The notes under the pieces: generated by a model
What the model was told of the DNA's origin: nothing
The model's database searches: none
The model's input: only the letters and a program-made list of their open reading frames with translations
Made by a program: the position numbers and the translations under genes
Assembly: GCA_945787785.1 (NCBI GenBank)
Contig: CALZIO010000005.1
Span: 26,921 to 90,920, forward strand
Source: an uncultured Chromatiaceae bacterium
GTDB lineage: Bacteria > Pseudomonadota > Gammaproteobacteria > Tenderiales > Tenderiaceae
Reading direction: 5' to 3'
Length of the DNA stretch: 64,000 bases
Shown here: positions 17,839 to 25,698 of the stretch, piece after piece
Layout: each line of letters begins with the position of its first letter
Numbering within the stretch: the first letter of the stretch is position 1

Positions 17839-19689
17839 ATGCGGAGTAGCTGGGCATTGCGGAATGTAATTCGATTTAGGCCCTTTGCGCTACCAGTCTT
17901 ACTGACTTTTGTTCTTCTCTTTTTAGGGGTGAGCCAAGTTGCTTTTGCTCGTTTTATGGGGCCGGTCGATGCTTCAGGCCATCTTGGTTATTATTACCGA
18001 GCTTTAAATGAAGATGGCGGCCCTGATAACAGCAGCCACCAATTGGGCGGCACGGTTAATATGTCCACCTTTTTTGGCGAACCTTGGTTGTCGACAGCCT
18101 ATCTGTCATTGAGCTTGACTCAAGATTCCTCCGAAACGGTGCAAGCTAACGCTGAGTCGAGTACCGATTCACAGCTGCTCACAGGCGATTTTGGTTTGAA
18201 TGTGTTACCTTCGAGCCGCACGCCTTTCTCGTTGCTTTTGCAGGCGACGGACACTCGGGTGGATTCCAAAGGTTCGGGATTTATCCCCATCACCTTTGTC
18301 GGGCAGGAGTACTCTACTCTGTATCTCGGATTGCGGCAGTCATTTTTGACCCAGAAGGGTACGCAATACCGCCTCAATTATGATTATCGTACCTGGGAGT
18401 CGGGAAATGATGGGGAGTACGATGATAATTTGCTGGGTTTCGAGGCTGATTTGCGCAGGCCAAAACAGCGCCTATTCGGGCGGGGTTCAGTTCAGACAAA
18501 CGAGCACTCACTTTCGCAGCGAAACAATGAAAGTTTGTTGCTTGATATGACACACTACTATTTCCCGGTGCGTAATTTCCGCCTGGATAGCAAAGCGAGT
18601 TACTACGAATATGATCGATCCTTTGTGGATCCGAGTGCAACAGATACCCGGCTTTCGACTTTGAATATTGCCCAGGTGTCGAGCAATGCCTTTTGGCGTC
18701 CTTCGAATCACCCATTGAGTTTGACTGCGGGTGCCCGTGTTTATAATACTGAGGGTAACGAAGGTAGCGTTCCCGGTACTGAGATAACCAATGTTGCCCT
18801 TAATTCAGGGCTCTTTTATCAGATGAGTCGGAATCTACGGCTGGATGCCAGCTTAAATTCGCTGTTTGGTGATAATAATGGTGTGCAAGATGATATTCAT
18901 CAACAGGCGGCTGGTTTTGTTTATCAAACGGATTTGAAAGAAGCTCTGAAGCTTGTTTATCAGGCTTATGTAGATGGTGATCTGCGGCATCGCGTGGATG
19001 TGGCCGATGATATTATGGATTGGTCTCTGATTGGGGGGCATGGCCTAAGTCGAACCTGGTGGCCGGGAGAGCGAACATCTACAATGTCCTTCCGTTTACA
19101 TCTGAGCCAAGCGTTGGCTTGGTATGGTGCGGCAGGTGATGTCTTGAGCTCCAGGTCAGGGTTAAGGTTTGATAATTCCTTTACGCTCAGCTTTAATCAG
19201 CGAGACAAGGGGGGCGATACGCTAGCGCAAATAACGATGTCTGATTCTCGCGATGTGGCCTCAGAAGATATTTCTAATGTAGCTACAGACCGGGATACGG
19301 AACAGCAATTAATCAATCTGCAGTTAAACCGAAATCAGGAATTGGGGCGTAGAAGCTCGATCACGGGTAATATTACGGTGCAATATGTACGTTTGCAGGA
19401 GGAGAATACGTCGACCGGGCTTGTAAATGTCGACGAAAGTGATACAACAACGGCTACAGGTAGAATATTGTTTCAGCATTTTCAAATGCTTGGCATCCCA
19501 AGGTTGCATTTTTCGTCAGATTTTATCGTATCCAATATATCTACACCGGGGGCGATAGATCGAACCGATTGGGAGAACCGGCTCACGTATTTAATAGGAA
19601 AATTGGAAACAACTTTAAGTTATCGTTTGACTGAGACTGACAGTCGCAATTATGATTTGCTATACTTCCGCCTCATGCGCCGCTTTTGA
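17839..19689 (+). CDS. Predicted large outer-membrane beta-barrel protein (no haem motif)
   Basis: 616 aa. Signal peptide (VLLFLGVSQVAFA). Ser/Thr/Asn/Tyr-rich alternating pattern throughout. C-terminal YFRLMRRF ends in Phe (OMP signature). No CXXCH. Confidence 0.7.
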   Translation: MRSSWALRNVIRFRPFALPVLLTFVLLFLGVSQVAFARFMGPVDASGHLGYYYRALNEDGGPDNSSHQLGGTVNMSTFFGEPWLSTAYLSLSLTQDSSETVQANAESSTDSQLLTGDFGLNVLPSSRTPFSLLLQATDTRVDSKGSGFIPITFVGQEYSTLYLGLRQSFLTQKGTQYRLNYDYRTWESGNDGEYDDNLLGFEADLRRPKQRLFGRGSVQTNEHSLSQRNNESLLLDMTHYYFPVRNFRLDSKASYYEYDRSFVDPSATDTRLSTLNIAQVSSNAFWRPSNHPLSLTAGARVYNTEGNEGSVPGTEITNVALNSGLFYQMSRNLRLDASLNSLFGDNNGVQDDIHQQAAGFVYQTDLKEALKLVYQAYVDGDLRHRVDVADDIMDWSLIGGHGLSRTWWPGERTSTMSFRLHLSQALAWYGAAGDVLSSRSGLRFDNSFTLSFNQRDKGGDTLAQITMSDSRDVASEDISNVATDRDTEQQLINLQLNRNQELGRRSSITGNITVQYVRLQEENTSTGLVNVDESDTTTATGRILFQHFQMLGIPRLHFSSDFIVSNISTPGAIDRTDWENRLTYLIGKLETTLSYRLTETDSRNYDLLYFRLMRRF

Positions 19690-19759
19690 TGCGTGAGTTT
19701 TGGGTTATAACAATAAAATTTAAGATTTTTTTCATACTAGTTTGAGGAGAACTTTCGCA

Positions 19760-20185
19760 ATGTCACGTGTGACCAAGCATAGTAAGTGGAGGTATGTTCT
19801 ACTCGGGGCAATAACGTGGCTAGCCGCGTTTAGTTTGCCTCAGTCAGCACATGCAGAGTATGCAGATGTTGTTATTAACAACTACGCCGATGCGGCCGGT
19901 ATCCGTCCTGTGGTATTTCCACACTGGTTTCACCGTATTCGTTTTCGTTGCAAGGTTTGCCACGCTGACCTTGGCTTCCAGTTCAAAGCTGGCGGTAACA
20001 AGATAACAATGGCTAAGATTATCGATGGTAAGTTCTGTGGCGCTTGCCACAACGGTGAAATCGCTTGGTCAGTTGAAAACTGTGCAATGTGTCACTCAGG
20101 TATTCCTGGCACACCGACCCATTTTCATGGTAGTACGGTTCAGCGCCTCGTTGCGCCTGCGTACAAGCCTGTTGAACAACAATAG
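19760..20185 (+). CDS. Trihaem c7-type periplasmic cytochrome
   Basis: Signal peptide ending SAHA. VVFPHWFH...CKVCH...CGACHNG...CAMCHSG (3 CXXCH, PpcA-like spacing). GAGGAGA RBS before the ATG at 19760. Confidence 0.88.
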   Translation: MSRVTKHSKWRYVLLGAITWLAAFSLPQSAHAEYADVVINNYADAAGIRPVVFPHWFHRIRFRCKVCHADLGFQFKAGGNKITMAKIIDGKFCGACHNGEIAWSVENCAMCHSGIPGTPTHFHGSTVQRLVAPAYKPVEQQ

Positions 20186-20193
20186 GGGTGGCC

Positions 20194-20934
20194 ATGATGA
20201 AAATACGTAGCAAGAGTTTATTTCTCGGTTTCGCCTTATCACTGGCAATTTCAGGTCCAGCTTGTTCTCAAGGTTATGTTGAAATCCATTCGGGTGGAGT
20301 TGAAGACATGCCTCTGGACTATGCGCCAGAATATCAGCCTGTTGATGAAGTCGCTCTCCCAGATCAAGAGCCTATTCGAGTGGCTCAGGTGTCAGGTGCG
20401 AATATATTCAACCGTAATCTGAAAAAAGATAAGATGAAGAATGCGCCACCTCCGGAAGATGGTATTCATGATACCGATAACGAAGGTACTTTCGTTCTTC
20501 AGCCACCATTGGAAGCCTACGAAGGTTTGCCTCCGAGTGATTTCGGTAACTACATCGACTGGGTTAAAGCAATTGATGAGAAGAAACTGAATCCTCGCTG
20601 GGATCGTATTGATTCAAGTGAAGAGCCCTTCGTTATGGATATGGATATCGTGCGTGAGGTAAAGGCCTCTGTGCCTGATGTAGTGTTCCCTCACCGTCAG
20701 CATACAGAGTGGTTAGCATGTTCAAATTGCCATCCAGCGATCTTCATTCCTCAAAAGGGTGCTAACCAAATAAATATGTCAGCAATCCTGTTGGGCCAAA
20801 AATGCGGTGTTTGCCACGGCAAGGTGTCTTTCCCAATTACAACTAAGTCTTGTAAGAAGTGTCACTCTAAGCCTAAGCCTGCTGATTGGCAGCCGCCTTT
20901 GAGTGAGGCTACTCTAAAGAATCCTTGGAGATAA
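20194..20934 (+). CDS. Trihaem c7-type cytochrome with N-terminal extension (probable lipoprotein)
   Basis: LAISGPAC lipobox-like signal. VVFPHRQHTEWLACSNCHP...CGVCHGKVSFP...CKKCHS (3 CXXCH). Confidence 0.88.
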   Translation: MMKIRSKSLFLGFALSLAISGPACSQGYVEIHSGGVEDMPLDYAPEYQPVDEVALPDQEPIRVAQVSGANIFNRNLKKDKMKNAPPPEDGIHDTDNEGTFVLQPPLEAYEGLPPSDFGNYIDWVKAIDEKKLNPRWDRIDSSEEPFVMDMDIVREVKASVPDVVFPHRQHTEWLACSNCHPAIFIPQKGANQINMSAILLGQKCGVCHGKVSFPITTKSCKKCHSKPKPADWQPPLSEATLKNPWR

Positions 20935-21088
20935 CCGTTATCTCTATCTGATTCTGTCTCACTAGTTATTGGTATGAGATGGCCGCCGCATGGCGGCCTT
21001 CTTACACTAGGTGGTTGAGATGTCGGGCTGGCCGATGATACGGAATGTGCCAGCGGTAAGTTGAAATGATTTACTGTCGAGGGTGACG

Positions 21089-22579
21089 ATGATGAAACCA
21101 AGATTTACAGTTCTGACAATTGCGATTGCCGCAATTTTATCGGGTTGTGGTTCTACCACAACTGAAAAGAAAGCTGATGTAACTTCGCTTGAAACAAGCG
21201 GTGAGCCAGTTGCTGTTGAAACAGAGGTAAAAAAGGCTGTGGTCGTTGCGCCTGAGCCCGCCCCAAAAGCGGCGCCAGTTGAGACTGCTCCTGTTGCGCC
21301 AGTTGTTGCTGCTCCGGCAGTGGCTGCCGCGCCGAAACGTGACCTGAAGATTCCAACTGATCCCAACACTTTTTTGGTTACTGCCTCACCCAAAACACAT
21401 GCGCACCCTTCGCATGGGCAGGGTTTGGAAACCGGCTTTGATGTCAATGGACAGCCTGGCAAAGAGGTTGTTGTAACGCGCGGTGGTGCATATAAATTTG
21501 TCGTTGATACAGGTGTGCAACACGATTTCTATTTGACAACGAATCCTGCTGGCTGGGGTGCGGGTACATACACAGATGGTGTCGAAGGCCAGTTTATCTA
21601 TCAGGGTGAGGTAACTTTCAACCCATCTAAACAGACCCCAGACCTGCTCTATTACCAGTGCCGCAATCATAAGTATATGGGCGGAAAAATCTATGTGCTG
21701 GATGAAGGCGAAGATTTGGCTAAAGTCAAAGCTGCGTTGGTTGGTACCACCGGGGCCGCAGCAGCTAAGCGCGGTTCTACCACCGTCGTTACCGAAGCTG
21801 CCGTGAAGCAGAAGTTGAGTTATGCCCAAATGGTACTTGGTTCAGGCAGTGCAAAACGTGTCGAGGCGAGTGGCAATCAGCAAGCAATTAGTACGCTGAA
21901 TAACGCCCGGGGCCAAATTGGCGCGGCCAAAGTATCTCTTGATGGTGGCCAGCTACAGCTAGCGATGGATCAGGTGAATGACGGGCTGCGTTTGATGACT
22001 GCGGCATCTCGTGAAATTACCACAGAATCTGAAATGGCTGGCGTTAACCATAAGGCGAAATATGATGAGTTGAGTAATTCACTCAAAACATATGAGGGCT
22101 CCTATAAGCGTAATTCGGAGCGTGCTGCCAAAATGAATCAGCCAATGAAGGCAAGCCTGGATGAGGCTGAGTACAATCGCTTGGTCAATGAAGGTCATGC
22201 CTTGGCCGACAAAGGCGATTACGCTGCAGCAAATAAGTCGCTTAAAAAAGCGCAGGGGATGATAACTGCTGTTCTGACAAATATGCTTCATGCTCAAACG
22301 GTGACATATGATAAAAGCTTCGAAACTCCGCAGGAGGAGTATGAGTATGAATTGGCGCGTTTAGAGAACTACGAGGAGCTTGTTCCTATCGCGATCGAGC
22401 AGAAACAGCCATCGCAACGCGCATTAGAGTTGATTGATGGATTCGTACAGAAAGCAGCTAAGATTAAGGATGAAGGCAAAGAAGTTGCAGCCAAGGGTGA
22501 TTATAAAATGGGAATTATGGCCATGCAGGCGGCAACTTCAAATCTGCAGCGTGCATTACGCATGGCTGGGGTGAACTAG
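21089..22579 (+). CDS. Lipoprotein with Ala/Pro-rich linker, cupredoxin-like (type-1 Cu motif) domain and long helical C-terminal domain
   Basis: Lipobox AILSGC. The beta-rich segment KEVVVTRGGAYKFVVDTGVQHDF...LLYYQCRNHKYMGGKIYV gives an H...C-x2-H-x2-M ligand pattern, as in amicyanin-type blue copper proteins. About 270 aa of Ala/Lys/Gln-rich predicted helices follow. Confidence 0.7.
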   Translation: MMKPRFTVLTIAIAAILSGCGSTTTEKKADVTSLETSGEPVAVETEVKKAVVVAPEPAPKAAPVETAPVAPVVAAPAVAAAPKRDLKIPTDPNTFLVTASPKTHAHPSHGQGLETGFDVNGQPGKEVVVTRGGAYKFVVDTGVQHDFYLTTNPAGWGAGTYTDGVEGQFIYQGEVTFNPSKQTPDLLYYQCRNHKYMGGKIYVLDEGEDLAKVKAALVGTTGAAAAKRGSTTVVTEAAVKQKLSYAQMVLGSGSAKRVEASGNQQAISTLNNARGQIGAAKVSLDGGQLQLAMDQVNDGLRLMTAASREITTESEMAGVNHKAKYDELSNSLKTYEGSYKRNSERAAKMNQPMKASLDEAEYNRLVNEGHALADKGDYAAANKSLKKAQGMITAVLTNMLHAQTVTYDKSFETPQEEYEYELARLENYEELVPIAIEQKQPSQRALELIDGFVQKAAKIKDEGKEVAAKGDYKMGIMAMQAATSNLQRALRMAGVN

Positions 22580-22679
22580 TGATATTGGCGTAATGTCAAA
22601 GTTTGTGTATAGTTCGTAGGCTGCCATCAATAGTGATAGCAGCCGGATTTTTGGGAAGCAGTTAATTAGATTTGGTATT

Positions 22680-23276
22680 ATGTTGCGTTTCAAACGTCAC
22701 AAGTTGTTTGCCTTTGTTTTAATAAGCTTTTTATTAGGCCTGTTGTCGCCACGGGTAGCCTTTGTACAAGAACAGTTTGAGGGTGATTTTTGGAATAGTG
22801 GTGAGCATTATCAGCTGGATAGTAAGGTTGTTCCAGTCGATGAAGATGGCATACATGATCCGGACAATGATGCTGTAAAAGTTCTTCAAGAGCCTATTGA
22901 GGCGATGGAGACCTTTCCTCGTGATAATTCAGGTGTTATTGATTGGGTAAAAGTCTTGGATCAAGGCTTAATTGCCCCTCGTAAAGGCCTGTATGGCGAT
23001 GAAGAAATGCATGCTGTGGATTTTGATGTGATATTCAAAAACACGGGTTCAATGCCATATGTGCGTTATCCTCATCGTCAGCACACCGAGTGGTTGACCT
23101 GCAAAAACTGTCATCCCAAGATTTTCCTGCCACAAAAGGGTGGTAATCCTGTGACGATGTCGGGGATTATGCAGGGCAAGTATTGTGGTATCTGCCATGG
23201 TAAAGTTGCTTTTCCTCCAACTAAGAATTGTGGACGATGCCATTCTGTACCGAGAGACAAAGTCGGCTTAAGATAA
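22680..23276 (+). CDS. Trihaem c7-type cytochrome (paralogue of 20194-20934)
   Basis: Signal peptide. YPHRQHTEWLTCKNCHP...CGICHGKVAFP...CGRCHS. Shares the DGIHD.DN...IDWVK extension with the 248-aa paralogue. Confidence 0.88.
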   Translation: MLRFKRHKLFAFVLISFLLGLLSPRVAFVQEQFEGDFWNSGEHYQLDSKVVPVDEDGIHDPDNDAVKVLQEPIEAMETFPRDNSGVIDWVKVLDQGLIAPRKGLYGDEEMHAVDFDVIFKNTGSMPYVRYPHRQHTEWLTCKNCHPKIFLPQKGGNPVTMSGIMQGKYCGICHGKVAFPPTKNCGRCHSVPRDKVGLR

Positions 23277-24571
23277 TAGCTTGTCTGTTTGGGGTGATGC
23301 AGCTGATAGGTTGCGCCACAACTGAGCAGACGTCTACGCCAAGCGTGGCTGATGATAAGGCAGCTGCAGAGCTGGCTGAGCTGTTTGATGATTTTTCCGA
23401 CGAATCAGAAACTCCAGTCACTGAAACGCAAGCTGTTTCTGAGCCCGTAGAAACTCCACCAAAAGACGTCATAGAAGAAGCTGTCGATGAATCGATAGAT
23501 CCATTGGATCAAATTGCTGCGACAGCTCCTGAGCCTGTACTTCCCAAGCCCCATGCCGTAGCCACTATCCAGATCTATGATTGGAATGTGATTGATGGCG
23601 CGCCTATTGGTAATGCCTTTACCGCCGCGGTTCAAAACCGCTTTATACGCCCAGTAGCCATTGCGGTTCAGGGTGAATATCTCTACGTAGTAGATGAGGG
23701 GTATGATGCACTGTATCGGTTAGATCTGTCCACGGAAGAGCTAGAGGTCATATTTGACCTTAAAAAGGTGGTAAAAGGCGAAGTTGCCGATATTTATGTC
23801 GATAAGGATTTTTCATTTTACTTGACCGATACCGAGGCGGGTCGGGTCCTGCATTTTGATCAAAATGGACGTTTGATTCAGGAGTTTCGTAATCATTTTA
23901 ATTTGGTCAAGCCGGTTGCAGTAACGGTGTTTGAGAGTGGTGACTTGGTTGTCGCCGATGGTCATTACGACCACCTCTTACACTTCAATAGCGAGGGTAA
24001 GCTGATTGCAACTTACGGTGCTCGAGGCGATGCCGTGGCTGAATTTCTCAATATATTGACCATGGCAAAAGGCCCGGACGGGTTTTATGTCGGTGGCCGG
24101 GTTGGTCGTCGTATTCAGGTTCTCGGTTCAGATGGGAATTACCTCTATGCATTTGAAGAGGGTACGGTCGTTTTTCCGGCATCCATTGTCGTTGATGGCA
24201 ATAATCGCAGCTATGTTGCAGATTATATGGACAACACCATCAAGGTATTTGATCGCGGCGGCCCAATTGGTGTCATCGGTGGCCACGGTACTGAGCCTGG
24301 GAAATTTAAGCGCGTTACTGATCTTTGGCTGGTTGGAAACGTCTTATACATCGCCGACAGCCTCAATGGCAGAATCCAGGCGGCCAAGTTGTCGCCAGAT
24401 CCGGTGCCGCTTCCTAGTCCAGTATTCGAATCAGATGCTGAGCTATTTCAGGAAACAGTAGAAGAGTCTGCCGAAGCGGATGTGAAATCTGTAGACGGTA
24501 TGGCGGAAGACATTGTTGAAGGTGCGGACGAAAAAGCTCAACCCGCAAAATCATCAGATTCTATCCAATGA
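23237..24571 (+). CDS. NHL-repeat six-bladed beta-propeller lipoprotein with acidic N- and C-terminal tails
   Basis: Lipobox MQLIGC. Six NHL-type repeats (YLYVVDEGYDALYRLD, FYLTDTEAGRVLHFD, LVVADGHYDHLLHFN, FYVGGRVGRRIQVL, SYVADYMDNTIKVFD, LYIADSLNGRIQAA). Start assigned to the ATG at 23237, 40 nt inside the previous gene. Confidence 0.85.
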   Translation: MPFCTERQSRLKIIACLFGVMQLIGCATTEQTSTPSVADDKAAAELAELFDDFSDESETPVTETQAVSEPVETPPKDVIEEAVDESIDPLDQIAATAPEPVLPKPHAVATIQIYDWNVIDGAPIGNAFTAAVQNRFIRPVAIAVQGEYLYVVDEGYDALYRLDLSTEELEVIFDLKKVVKGEVADIYVDKDFSFYLTDTEAGRVLHFDQNGRLIQEFRNHFNLVKPVAVTVFESGDLVVADGHYDHLLHFNSEGKLIATYGARGDAVAEFLNILTMAKGPDGFYVGGRVGRRIQVLGSDGNYLYAFEEGTVVFPASIVVDGNNRSYVADYMDNTIKVFDRGGPIGVIGGHGTEPGKFKRVTDLWLVGNVLYIADSLNGRIQAAKLSPDPVPLPSPVFESDAELFQETVEESAEADVKSVDGMAEDIVEGADEKAQPAKSSDSIQ

Positions 24572-25698
24572 TCGAACATAAGCGTTGTTTCACAGCGCTT
24601 GGCTGTGTCGTGTTTCTGTTAATTCTCACGGGCTGTGCTCAGCTCCCCGCAGTATTTGAATATAAACCATTTGATGAAGCCAAAGGCGATCTGGTGTGGC
24701 CAGAGCCGCCTGATATCGCTCGATATCGTTACGTTGGCCAATTAACCGGTGAGGAAAATTTCCCCCGCCCAGGTGAGGACGCGCTCAATGCCGGGGCGCG
24801 GTTGGTTCGCTGGATGGTCGGGCTGGTGGGGCATAGTGCGGATCCTGTGATTCTGCAACGCCCGCAGGCAGTGATCACTGATGGTCAAGGAAAAATTTTT
24901 GTCAGCGATGTTAGTCGCCAGGCTGTTTACATGTTTGACACGGTTCAAGCAGAGTTGAAAGTGTGGGAAAACGCAGTAGAAGGGATTCGCTTTGAACTAC
25001 CAATTGGATTAGCCGTTGGTCTGAATGGTGAGTTGCTGGTATCGGATGCCTCGTTGCAATTAGTTGCCCGGCTGGGGCCGGATGGTGAGCCAATCGGAGT
25101 GATTGGTTTAGATCAGCTACAGCATCCCACTGGATTGGCCAGAGACCCCCAGCTCGGACGAATCTATGTGGCAGATCGGGGTGCCAACAACATCAAGGTT
25201 TTTTCTGACGTGGGAGAATTTCAGTTTGAATTTGGCGAGTTTGGTGAGGAAGCTGGCCAGCTGAATGGGCCTACCTACTTGTTTTGGCACGAGAATTTAC
25301 TCTATGTGACGGATGCGCTTAATTCAAGAATACAGATTTTTTCACCTGATGGTGAATATCAGTCCCATTTTGGGCGGCGCGGACTTTACTTGGGGGATTT
25401 GCCCCGTCCTAAGGGGGTGGCAGTCGCTCAAGACGGTAAAGTCTATGTGGTAGAATCCTATTACGACTATTTGTTAATATTCAACCGCGAAGGTGAGTTA
25501 TTATTACCTATTGGCGGTACAGGCCATGAGGTGGGACAGTTTTATCTGCCTGCCGGGGTCTGGGTTGAGAATAACTATGTTTATGTTGCGGATACATTTA
25601 ACGGCCGCGTGATGATTTTTGAATATCTTGGAGATGGAGATGCGTCGGACGTTGCAGGTGATAGCAGCTCTGATATTGACGACGCTGCTGGCGGTTAA
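24568..25698 (+). CDS. NHL-repeat beta-propeller lipoprotein
   Basis: Lipobox LILTGC. NHL repeats (IFVSDVSRQAVYMFD, LLVSDASLQLVARL, IYVADRGANNIKVF, LYVTDALNSRIQIF, VYVVESYYDYLLIF, VYVADTFNGRVMIF). ATGA overlap with the upstream gene. Confidence 0.88.
   Translation: MIEHKRCFTALGCVVFLLILTGCAQLPAVFEYKPFDEAKGDLVWPEPPDIARYRYVGQLTGEENFPRPGEDALNAGARLVRWMVGLVGHSADPVILQRPQAVITDGQGKIFVSDVSRQAVYMFDTVQAELKVWENAVEGIRFELPIGLAVGLNGELLVSDASLQLVARLGPDGEPIGVIGLDQLQHPTGLARDPQLGRIYVADRGANNIKVFSDVGEFQFEFGEFGEEAGQLNGPTYLFWHENLLYVTDALNSRIQIFSPDGEYQSHFGRRGLYLGDLPRPKGVAVAQDGKVYVVESYYDYLLIFNREGELLLPIGGTGHEVGQFYLPAGVWVENNYVYVADTFNGRVMIFEYLGDGDASDVAGDSSSDIDDAAGG

Noticed and set aside
21230-21340. Possible tandem DNA repeat/VNTR in the Ala-Pro-Val region
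   Set aside because: The repetition is at amino-acid composition level (APEPAPKAAPVETAPVAPVVAAPAVAAAP). I could not find an exact repeating nucleotide unit, so I treat it as a low-complexity linker.
21007-21829. Minus-strand ORFs of 151 aa (21007-21462) and 147 aa (21386-21829)
   Set aside because: They lie antisense to the well-supported cupredoxin lipoprotein gene. Their open frames come from the Ala/Pro/Val-rich linker and codon bias, and they have no motifs.
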